From a virus (lineage: Duplodnaviria > Caudoviricetes): a stretch of DNA of 64,000 nucleotides. Positions 56,401 through 64,000 of this stretch are shown piece by piece (position 1 is the first letter of the stretch; every line of letters begins with the position of its first letter). Below the pieces are notes generated by a model, which saw only the letters and a program-made list of their open reading frames with translations, ran no database searches and was not told the origin of the DNA. The position numbers and the translations under genes were made by a program. The DNA is taken from IMG/VR virus record IMGVR_UViG_3300029305_006387, positions 3,221 to 67,220 of that record; one strand, written 5' to 3'.

Positions 56401-57337
56401 AGACGAAACAGATGATTGGAAAAACTCCCTTTCGGACGTAAGCGACCAATTTGACAGCATTGCCGAAAAACTTAAAGCAATTCGAGAAGAAGAAGAGAAA
56501 GAGCTTGAACTGCAAGAGCGGAAAGAAGAAATACTCGAAGCCCAAAAAAGCCTTGCGGATGCCCAAAACGAAGCCGAAAAAAAACGAATTGCTCTGTTGG
56601 AGGCTGAAAAAGCACTTCAAGATGCTATGAAACAGCGTAGCGTTCGTGTATTCAACGCGACTACGGGGCAATGGGAGCAAGTCGCCAACGAGAAGAGTAT
56701 TCAACAAGCGAAAGATAATATCACAAAAGCCAACGAAGCTCTTGCAAAAGCGAGCGAAGATATTATCAAGGCGCAAGAGAATATCGCAAAAGCAGAGCGC
56801 GAACTTGAAGATTATGCCTATAACACCATTATAGATGACCTTGAAGAAGGCAATCTCACCAATGCAAGCATCTTACAAGTTATTTCCGACGTTGCAGACT
56901 ATCTCCCGCAATTCGGGGAAGAAATAAAAAGATTTATCAAGGAAACAACGGGTGTTGACCTTGATTTACCCGAAAAGATAGAAACAGAAAACGAAAAGCC
57001 TGTATATGATAGCGGTGGATTCTTGCACGGTCTTGGCGGGATTAAAGCGACGGGCAGAGCAGAAACGATTTTACCACCTGATATAACCGAAAAAATTATC
57101 GAGCCTTCTTCTAATGAAAGATTTAAGAATTTCACGCGGTCGCTCGGTTTATTATTCGGTACAAGCGATAAGTTGGAGCAACTTCCGCGCGGTGCATTTG
57201 TTTCCAATCGCGGTGGAGATACGACGAATAATAACAATAGCCGTAGTTATTCGATTAACGGCGTTCCTATCCCCGCAGAAATCGCACAAACTCACACACT
57301 CGCCGAATTGTGCGACACTATGACATTGATAGAATAA
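53468..57337 (+). CDS. tail tape measure protein (TP901-type core)
   Basis: 1289 aa helical; LAQRYG...FARSG...AALLALNVA...ALQRTGSSA...SGENIGTAV core; hydrophobic mid-segment. Confidence 0.9.
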   Translation: MAEILLKVRLDDSTYKSQLAELEAQVGKIVSSTTKTPSMNVDSLQKSFANLLNTLKGAEGKYAVGTFQSLKTEVSECLGRVKELNAEIGDSKPTKAQKAELAGLTKQLSELQAKFATVRAETAKLSTVQGTSSNAVKTLQKSYANLINSLNTVKNKYPAGTFDNLIAQAKEGLTATKNLNTEVGTSATLNEKQGATLQMLSGKYQQLAADVATVRAETEQNTSAVIKNGDSIGAMAKKFIIWQAAATLVMKPLQLIRDAISSINETLVETENAVVALRRVAGTSANADELYDLAQRYGQTFENVNEIALNFARSGMDWTDTIKATEAALLALNVAELDATQASDGMIAIMQQFGYEASELELIIDKLNISADNAAVSTEKLLAALQRTGSSAKNANLTLEETVGIITAISEATGRSGENIGTAVNSLIQFTTKESSLATFEKLGGDVAKVVEDYRMGAATVLDIWEELSKVIQSKNSSTEGILSGLFADDDWRSLNEELQTELGENFATVTEIYGTASTFRKNYFIALLNNLDQVQETMDDMNSAEGYSQKENEQYLDTYSAKVNELKAQWQDMANDEQGILGIKKSLVEFASNLLTVLDKLGGIKFVLTEILVIGGTLLMTYKGTAIIAGLQKIWVLLRTLSIDAIPNAIAAWRAYAAGIVSANTAIQASIPIIGMAIAAISLLATKISDAREKERQAAEEARQELINLRQEAANSIASYENISNSLNETIERVKELRSGEDLTADATKELISIQESLIKNNGDLAGSIDLVNGKLEEQIPLMEQVAKAQLQQWIKDNQTAINTSEALLNSKGNSYYETGRDGNIFTTPDGGAAEKISEIARKAGIDVYGSKSVYYPSKSGDWWTWIPFAEEVADIFGSESYTWILAGGENIEEQIKNYNALYDYISKNAESLGLDDKTKKEYLGYLSNALRKLNTDDYKNAKETYDYYQKIQKYLNGEISYNEFLTGVKDGTEDVTDETDDWKNSLSDVSDQFDSIAEKLKAIREEEEKELELQERKEEILEAQKSLADAQNEAEKKRIALLEAEKALQDAMKQRSVRVFNATTGQWEQVANEKSIQQAKDNITKANEALAKASEDIIKAQENIAKAERELEDYAYNTIIDDLEEGNLTNASILQVISDVADYLPQFGEEIKRFIKETTGVDLDLPEKIETENEKPVYDSGGFLHGLGGIKATGRAETILPPDITEKIIEPSSNERFKNFTRSLGLLFGTSDKLEQLPRGAFVSNRGGDTTNNNNSRSYSINGVPIPAEIAQTHTLAELCDTMTLIE

Positions 57338-57349
57338 AAGGAGAACAAT

Positions 57350-60300
57350 ATGCCTTTATTTCAACCTTCAAATATTACGCCCTCTTCATTCGCGGGAATC
57401 GGCGGTGGGACTGTTGCTGCCTCCGATAACATAAGCGTTTCTTGGCAACTGAACGGGAATGTCCCTATGACGGGTTTCAAGATTGATATTTATCAAGGAA
57501 CTTCAAGAAAGGGCGGCACAGGCGGGATTATAATCCCTTATCCGAATAAAATCTATCCGACGGACAAAAGCGGGAATCCGACCTACTATGTCTATCAACC
57601 TGACGGTAAAACTTGGGGAGATTGGGGCGTTGTTGACGGCGGTAATTACACGATACAGATTACACAGTATTGGACGAGTTCCGCTACAAACGATAATTTC
57701 ATCGAGCAAATTTCCCAATCGGCGTTCGTTTCCCGTTCAAAACCAACACTCTCTATTACAACCGCGAGTGGTGCGACGATAGAAAATATTATTGATTCCG
57801 TTACGATGACCGTTACCGCCGTTTATGTACAAGCACAAGGAGATTGTATTGATTGGGTAAGGTGGAGATTTTATCAAATTCAAAACGGAAATGAAATATT
57901 GCTCGACGATACAGGTGCGGTTAATACCGCCGTATTAAACTATTCAGCAGATAATATGAGGAATGGGGGCGCATACAAACTTGTTTGCATAGTACAGACG
58001 GAGAACGGCGTTCAAGTTTCTAATTCGGCAACATTCAATGTTTCATACGAATTGCCGAAAATCGAAGGTGGGTTTAGTTTTGATTGTAGCGATAGGTCGA
58101 GCAATCTTCTTACTTGGAGTGAAATCTATGAAACAACGGGGAATGATATTCCGGGTGTTAGCAGCGACAATAGTTATATTTATTCAGATAATCGTTTAGA
58201 ACTTCCCAATAACTCGTTGGTAACTTGGGAAACAAAGAACGACGAGCCTTTGAATATCCCCACGGATTGGTCTTTATTTTGGAAAGGAAGCGTGGACTTT
58301 GCCGCGAATTATACTCGAACGGCAAAGAGCCTTTCTTTAAGTGGCTACGGGATAAATGGTGCTGTATTCAGTCCTGATGGGACAAAACTTTCACTTTGGG
58401 GCTATTCGCGGGTCATAACCTGTGGCGTAAGTACAAGTTCTATTTACACAAGCGGGACAAAAACCACCGACTCTGCTGTATATACAGTATCATATTGCAA
58501 CGACGGTACGCGTTGCATAGGCGGTGCGTTTGGCGCAATTTATCAGTCAACCGAAATATCGACAGCCAAAGTATTATCTTCTGCGTTCAACGGAACTCGC
58601 AAGGATGTGCTTGCGCTTGGCGTTGCGGGTGCAATAAAGTTGTTCAGGATTGAAGATGGCTCTGCAACGCCTATGTCGGGTAGTGTTGAAGGCGAATTTG
58701 GCGAAGTGTCGAGTATTACATTTAGCCCCGACGGAAAATACCTTATTGCAGCAGGGAGCAAGAGCATAGAGCAATTTCATAGGTACGGGTTGCTCGACGG
58801 TTCTCATTATATGCACGACGGGAGTATTTTACAAGGCGGTATATCAGATGGGTGCGTTGCATTCAGCCCTGACGGGAAATACCTTATTTGCGGAACGGGC
58901 GTATATAAGGTTTCAGATGGTGTTGATACGATTATCCTTACGCAAATTGGTAGCATCTCGTCAAACTATAATGCTTGTTTTACCCCCGACGGAAAGTTCA
59001 TTCTTTCTTGTTATTTGGACAGGGATGCGGACGTGCGGATATATCAAGTAAAGGACGATACAGTTCAGTATATCGGTGGAGTTCCTGCACTTTACACTTC
59101 TTGTAAATATGTTGCTTGTAGCCCGAACAGTAATCTCGTTTTTGTGGGCGGTGGTATATCAAATGCGCAAGCAAAGTATTTCTTTGCTAATACACGCGAA
59201 CGGTCGCTTGTTTCTGCGGGGAATATGAATGTTAGCGTAGGGAATAAAGTAGTGTTCGGCATAGGAGAGTATTCTACTGAATTTACACTTGGAATAGAAA
59301 ACGAGTTGATACTTACTTTGCTTGATTCCTACGTGGAAGATTTTTCGTTTTCTGTAAACAAATCTTCGGTTGCTCTTATTCATAATGGGACAAGTCAAAC
59401 AGTTGAAATAGATAGTTCACTATACCCGCAATCCGCGATTTCATCCGTAGTTTTGACGGGTGCGCAAGTTTGCAGTTGGCTTTATATCACAAACGAAACG
59501 GCTGTTATAACAGAAGATTTCTCCCCCGTGTGGGATAATCACACGCAATTTCTAACCCATTTTGAAGAGCAGGTTTTGCAGGCAGGGCAACTCAATGTCG
59601 CGGAAAACAAAATGGATATTTACCGCGAGAACGTAGAAACGGGCAAGCTCCAAAAACTGTATTCCGCACCGAAAGAGATTACGCAAATACGTGATTTTGG
59701 TTGGATAACAGGCGAAAAATATTATTATACGGGCTATGCCCTGCTTGACAACGCATATACAAGCGCAAATCCTTTCACGGAAACGCCTGTATGTCGCAAT
59801 CAACCGTATTATCTTCTTCTTGAAACAACGCAAGATGAAGAATATCCCGATGTGTACCACGTTGTGAATTATTGGCGGTTCGGGAATAATATTTCTGCGG
59901 GAAGCGTAAGCAACAATAATACTCCGAATTTCCTTACAAACTTCACGAAATATCGCTTAAAACAGCCTGTTTCAAGAATGGGAAAGAGCGGAACGCTCAC
60001 AGCTTTGCTTTCAAACGTCATTGGCGGCGAATACAAGGACACCGCCACGCAAATGGAAGATTTATACAACATTTCCGCGAGTGAAAACACATTCTTCTTA
60101 AAGGATATGAAAGGAAATCTTTATATGGTCGCCGTGTCAAACCCCATTACGCAAACGATAAACACAAAATCGTTCGTGCAGGAAGTAACGGTTTCTATCC
60201 CTTGGGAAGAAGTCGGTTCAACTGAAGGCATTTCTATTATTCAAACGCCGAATGACCCGAATTGGGTTGGCAATAACGACGATTTGGCAAAGGTTGCATT

Positions 60301-60469
60301 TAGTGTGGATAATGCGACGGGTATGTTGTCGGTTGAATATCCCGACGGATATAGCATAACGCAGTTTGCATTGAATGGAGAACGCTTGGTAGCCACAACG
60401 AAAGGCGAGTCGCAAGCTCCTAAACTTTCCTTGCAGAATGGCTCTGTGAAATTAAAAACGGAGAAATAA
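57350..60469 (+). CDS. distal tail/baseplate protein with inserted beta-propeller
   Basis: Repeats FSPDGTK, FSPDGKY (x2), FTPDGKF, CSPNSNL; C-terminal FLKDMKGNLYMV Dit-like region. Confidence 0.7.
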   Translation: MPLFQPSNITPSSFAGIGGGTVAASDNISVSWQLNGNVPMTGFKIDIYQGTSRKGGTGGIIIPYPNKIYPTDKSGNPTYYVYQPDGKTWGDWGVVDGGNYTIQITQYWTSSATNDNFIEQISQSAFVSRSKPTLSITTASGATIENIIDSVTMTVTAVYVQAQGDCIDWVRWRFYQIQNGNEILLDDTGAVNTAVLNYSADNMRNGGAYKLVCIVQTENGVQVSNSATFNVSYELPKIEGGFSFDCSDRSSNLLTWSEIYETTGNDIPGVSSDNSYIYSDNRLELPNNSLVTWETKNDEPLNIPTDWSLFWKGSVDFAANYTRTAKSLSLSGYGINGAVFSPDGTKLSLWGYSRVITCGVSTSSIYTSGTKTTDSAVYTVSYCNDGTRCIGGAFGAIYQSTEISTAKVLSSAFNGTRKDVLALGVAGAIKLFRIEDGSATPMSGSVEGEFGEVSSITFSPDGKYLIAAGSKSIEQFHRYGLLDGSHYMHDGSILQGGISDGCVAFSPDGKYLICGTGVYKVSDGVDTIILTQIGSISSNYNACFTPDGKFILSCYLDRDADVRIYQVKDDTVQYIGGVPALYTSCKYVACSPNSNLVFVGGGISNAQAKYFFANTRERSLVSAGNMNVSVGNKVVFGIGEYSTEFTLGIENELILTLLDSYVEDFSFSVNKSSVALIHNGTSQTVEIDSSLYPQSAISSVVLTGAQVCSWLYITNETAVITEDFSPVWDNHTQFLTHFEEQVLQAGQLNVAENKMDIYRENVETGKLQKLYSAPKEITQIRDFGWITGEKYYYTGYALLDNAYTSANPFTETPVCRNQPYYLLLETTQDEEYPDVYHVVNYWRFGNNISAGSVSNNNTPNFLTNFTKYRLKQPVSRMGKSGTLTALLSNVIGGEYKDTATQMEDLYNISASENTFFLKDMKGNLYMVAVSNPITQTINTKSFVQEVTVSIPWEEVGSTEGISIIQTPNDPNWVGNNDDLAKVAFSVDNATGMLSVEYPDGYSITQFALNGERLVATTKGESQAPKLSLQNGSVKLKTEK

Positions 60470-60474
60470 AACAA

Positions 60475-61803
60475 ATGAGTGGAACGAATAAATATCTGCA
60501 ATATTTGAAAGCGGTTGCAAGACCTTTTAGAAAAATCACTAAATTGGATTTCTTGCAACCCGACAACTCCGTGGCATTCTCGCTCGGCAATACCGTGAAA
60601 CGTGGCTATATGACGAGATATGACACTCGTGCGTTTATCCAAGGCGGGACACTCAATGTATCTTTGAATAATGGGCAACGTCGAAGGGCAAACATTACTC
60701 TGTCGAATCTCGATGGCGCGTTTGAGTATAGCGTAAATAAGATTTGGTTCGGGCAAAAGGTAAGGCTGTCAATGGGACTTATCTTGCCCGACGGAACGGA
60801 GTTCTTTTTGCCACAAGGCGTATTTTACATCAAAGACCCGCAAAACGTATTTAAGCCGAATGATAAGTCCGTTTCCTTTCCGCTCTACGACAAATGGGCG
60901 TATTTGGACGGCACGTTGGCGGGGAAATTAAATCAAGCATACTCAATCACGGTGGCGCAAAACCCGAATGTACTCAACGCAATGGCGAGCATACTTCAGC
61001 TTTCAAAGTTCGACCATTTGCCAACGTCGGATAAGCTCAAAATGATTGACAGCGTTGTGCCTATTTTTACGAATTATTATAACAATAAAACTTATTCCGC
61101 AAAAAACTCCGACGGCTCAATTTCGGCAGATATTTCTATGGCTACTTTGCCTTATGATATTACGGAAAATAGCGGTGGAAATTTCGGAAACTTACTACTT
61201 CAACTGAATAAAACTTTCGTTGGTCTTATTGGGTACGACCAAACAGGGGCAATGCGCGTTGAGCCGTCGCAGGAAGATATAAGCGACAGTAATAAACCCA
61301 TACTTTGGAATTTTAGTCCCGAAAACAGCCAACTGTGCGGTTTTACCGAAACGCATAAAAACGGCGAAGTTTACAACGATATTTTGATTACAGGAGAAGG
61401 ATTGACGGGCTACGAAGTTTGGGGGAAAGCCACAAACTATGACCCGTCGAGCGATACGAATGTAAATCTTATCGGATTAAAAACCTTTACGGAAAGCCGC
61501 GCGGAATATTGGAATAGTAAGCAATGCGCCGACCTTGCGGAATGGTATCTAAAACGAAAAACGATTTTGCAAAAATCGGTAACGATTGAGTGCAGTCAAC
61601 TTTTCCACCTGATAGAAAATCGACTCGTAACCATCAAAAGAACGGACAAACAAGGCAGTCCTGTTGAACGCCATTTGATAAACTCTTTCAGCTTGCCGAT
61701 TGGGGAAACCGGTAGTATGTCTATTAACGCCGTAAGCGTGAACGATTTTCCCATTGCAACGATTAAGCAGTATTCAAGCGAAAGCGGGCTTATTACGAAT
61801 TAA
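60475..61803 (+). CDS. baseplate hub / Tal-like protein (DUF5048-like)
   Basis: GTLNVSLNNGQRRRANITL...LPQGVFYI...DKWAYLDG. Confidence 0.7.
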   Translation: MSGTNKYLQYLKAVARPFRKITKLDFLQPDNSVAFSLGNTVKRGYMTRYDTRAFIQGGTLNVSLNNGQRRRANITLSNLDGAFEYSVNKIWFGQKVRLSMGLILPDGTEFFLPQGVFYIKDPQNVFKPNDKSVSFPLYDKWAYLDGTLAGKLNQAYSITVAQNPNVLNAMASILQLSKFDHLPTSDKLKMIDSVVPIFTNYYNNKTYSAKNSDGSISADISMATLPYDITENSGGNFGNLLLQLNKTFVGLIGYDQTGAMRVEPSQEDISDSNKPILWNFSPENSQLCGFTETHKNGEVYNDILITGEGLTGYEVWGKATNYDPSSDTNVNLIGLKTFTESRAEYWNSKQCADLAEWYLKRKTILQKSVTIECSQLFHLIENRLVTIKRTDKQGSPVERHLINSFSLPIGETGSMSINAVSVNDFPIATIKQYSSESGLITN

Positions 61804-61813
61804 GGGGGGTGCT

Positions 61814-62125
61814 ATGTCGAATGTTTTTGAAGAAAGCGCAAAATTAAAACAGGCTCTCACGCCCATCATTGAAAAAATAGTTGACGAAAGAACACGCTCC
61901 TGTTTGCGCACATATAAAGCAAAAGTCGTAACCGCGCCCGACAGTACGACGGGAAAATGTGTGGTACAGCTTATGGGGCAAAGTGGTCTTACTGACCCGA
62001 CAACATTGTCTTTACCGTATTCAACGGCGGTAAGTGGTGTTTCAGCCGGGCAAATGGTTTGGGTGGCAACAACTTACAATTCTTGGAGAAATGCCGTAGT
62101 TTGGCAAAAAATAGATTTCTCATAA
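61814..62125 (+). CDS. small baseplate/spike-like OB-fold protein
   Basis: YKAKVV...CVVQL...LPYS...GQMVWV. Confidence 0.5.
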   Translation: MSNVFEESAKLKQALTPIIEKIVDERTRSCLRTYKAKVVTAPDSTTGKCVVQLMGQSGLTDPTTLSLPYSTAVSGVSAGQMVWVATTYNSWRNAVVWQKIDFS

Positions 62126-62159
62126 AACAGAAAAAAAATAAAAAACGGAGGACTTATAA

Positions 62160-63908
62160 ATGAGTAATGTACAAGACCTTGGTATTGTTTCTCCCGTCCC
62201 GAAAGGGGATTGGAAATCCACTACCGCCTATCAACAATTAAACATTGTTAGATTTAACAGCGCAAGCTATATCGCAACAGCTCCGAGTATTGGCGTTGCC
62301 CCCGGCGTAACAAACGGGTGGCAATCGTTTTGGCAGTTGCTTTCGAGTGGCGTTGACGAAGATGCGCAGAAACAAATTGACCAAAACACAGAAGCGATTT
62401 CCGCGCTTGGCGGTTCGGTTGAAGAGTTGAAAACGGCAACGAAGAACAACGACAGCTCTATCGTGCAAATCAACAAGTGGATTGAAGAAGCGGAAAAAGA
62501 CCCTGTGGAATACGGCATTCGCCACGTTATCGGCGCAAGCAGTCCTGTCGGCGAAAGGGTAATCCGTAAGGACGGCGTTATCTCCACTTGGGATATTGAT
62601 TTTACGCCGAATATTGGCACAGAGCCTACGGACAACCCCTTTGACTACATAAGCGTATTCAATCCGTCGGTATGGTACGACGAAGCGGGAAATAAGTTTG
62701 CGAGATTTTCACGGTTCTATTATCTGAAACAAACCATTGGAAACTATGAGTACACTTGGGTTTGTCAAAAACAGTTGTACCCGTTCTATGTTCTGCCCAA
62801 GGCATTCAAAAGGGACGGCAAGCCTTATTGGAACTATGTTGACATTGGTTGCTACGAAGCATCGGCAGAAACACGCACGTTCAATGGTACGGACTATGCT
62901 TGTCTTGCATCCAAGCCCGGTAAAAATCCCCGTCATAATGCAACGCGAACGGTTATGTTCAACGAGGCGAAGAATCTCGGCGCGACTTTGGAAATCAATA
63001 CGGAGCAGGAATACTATTGCATTACCACAATGAGCGAAGTCAACGAAATTCGCAATATCTTGGTTCATATTATGTTTGGCACGAGAAACTGTCAATCCAA
63101 GTACAACGGTATTTCGAGTTTTGGTAATACGGGCGCGACGGCGTTTGCAGCGGTTGACAAGGAAAACAACATTTTCTACTTCGCAACCAACGTATTAAAG
63201 GATTTCCGCGTGGGAGCAACAGTCGCACTTAACGGCTCTGCAACAGAAGCCTACTACCACCAAGTAATTGAGAATGGCGAAGTGGTGGGCGGTATTGCCG
63301 ACGGCGCGTTTGTGGAATCCGTGGGCGGTACGACCTATTATTATGCAAAAATCGACGGAGATGCGCTCACGGAACTTACAATCGACTTGACCTCGATTTC
63401 TATCCGTCCGCTTTTCACAGGGGAAACGGATATTATCAAGGCGACTCACGGTACGCTCGCCAACGCAAACGGCAGAAATTCCTTCAAGGTATTCAACATT
63501 GAAAATATGTGGGGCAATATTTGGGAACACGTGCTTGATTGCACTATTAAAGAGTATGTGCCGTATGTTTGCGACGACATTACCAAGTGGACGGACACAA
63601 CAACGCCCGATACAAACGAGAACTTCAAGGCTTGCGATATGATGATTTCGCAAACGGGTGGTTCGTATGTAAAGGCGTTGGATTATGACCCCGCGCACCC
63701 CGACATTGTGTTGCCCGTAGAAGTAGGCGCATCTGCATCTACTTATTGGTGCGATTATTATTGGGTAAGTGCAGGCGTGAGAACGGTTTACGTCGGCGGT
63801 AGTCTGGCCAACGGGGCTATTGACGGTTTCTGTTATTGGTATTGCGCTGACGGGGTCGGTATTGCGAATTGGAGTATCGGCGGTCGCCTTTCTCATAGGA
63901 GTCTTTGA
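62160..63908 (+). CDS. tail fibre / receptor-binding protein, DGR target with C-type-lectin-like C-terminus
   Basis: GIENMWGNIWE-like motif (NIENMWGNIWE) and terminal VYVGGS.ANG..DG..YW...NWSIGGRL, typical of DGR CLec targets. Confidence 0.85.
   Translation: MSNVQDLGIVSPVPKGDWKSTTAYQQLNIVRFNSASYIATAPSIGVAPGVTNGWQSFWQLLSSGVDEDAQKQIDQNTEAISALGGSVEELKTATKNNDSSIVQINKWIEEAEKDPVEYGIRHVIGASSPVGERVIRKDGVISTWDIDFTPNIGTEPTDNPFDYISVFNPSVWYDEAGNKFARFSRFYYLKQTIGNYEYTWVCQKQLYPFYVLPKAFKRDGKPYWNYVDIGCYEASAETRTFNGTDYACLASKPGKNPRHNATRTVMFNEAKNLGATLEINTEQEYYCITTMSEVNEIRNILVHIMFGTRNCQSKYNGISSFGNTGATAFAAVDKENNIFYFATNVLKDFRVGATVALNGSATEAYYHQVIENGEVVGGIADGAFVESVGGTTYYYAKIDGDALTELTIDLTSISIRPLFTGETDIIKATHGTLANANGRNSFKVFNIENMWGNIWEHVLDCTIKEYVPYVCDDITKWTDTTTPDTNENFKACDMMISQTGGSYVKALDYDPAHPDIVLPVEVGASASTYWCDYYWVSAGVRTVYVGGSLANGAIDGFCYWYCADGVGIANWSIGGRLSHRSL
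63780..63899 (+). other. DGR variable repeat (VR)
   Basis: 3' end of fibre gene; codons GCC/GAC/TAT/AGT/AAC in positions expected from AAY template codons. Confidence 0.65.
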
Positions 63909-63919
63909 GTTGGGGGGAG

Positions 63920-63939
63920 TGGGGGTTTCTCCCCCACAA
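63920..63939. promoter_or_regulatory. GC-rich hairpin downstream of VR (DGR target-recognition hairpin candidate)
   Basis: GTGGGGG-TTTCT-CCCCCAC. Confidence 0.55.
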
Positions 63940-63984
63940 ATAAGCGCGTTTATTAAAACAAACTAAATAAAAACAAGGGTGCAA

Positions 63985-64000
63985 TATACTACGTCGGCGG
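63985..64000 (+). repeat. probable start of DGR template repeat (truncated by window)
   Basis: TACGTCGGCGG at 63990-64000 is identical to VR start 63789-63799. Confidence 0.55.

Overview
The window is most of the genome of a temperate, long-tailed (siphovirus-like) phage, most likely infecting gut Clostridia/Firmicutes (inferred from sigma70-type promoters, strong GGAG/GGAGG SD sites and gene content). Left to right: (1) a leftward accessory arm of small ORFs (1-10.4 kb) with a DUF4942 methyltransferase, YopX, a type I hammerhead ribozyme and a repeated pre-SD RNA structure; (2) a divergent-promoter, compositionally skewed non-coding region that may be the packaging/terminus region (10.4-12.3 kb); (3) a small rightward cluster with a metallopeptidase-DUF2829 (Tad2-like) fusion, five tRNAs, a complete tmRNA and unassigned structured RNA spacers (12.3-15.9 kb); (4) an apparently intact attP, tyrosine integrase, lipoprotein and cI/cro switch (15.9-19.4 kb); (5) replication/recombination genes (SSB, YqaJ, DUF4373 initiator, DUF1351, RecT); (6) a DNA-modification island (25.8-34 kb); (7) packaging, head and tail genes (35.7-63.9 kb), ending in a tail fibre with a DGR-type variable region and what looks like the start of the template repeat at the window edge. 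The most striking signal is in the modification island. Six G8-G12 tracts sit in three consecutive modification enzymes. The PAPS-reductase-like and C5-methyltransferase genes carry tandem variant cassettes written in different, overlapping reading frames, so tract length or short-repeat deletion could choose which variant enzyme is made. All family calls are from motif recognition by eye; no database searches were run.
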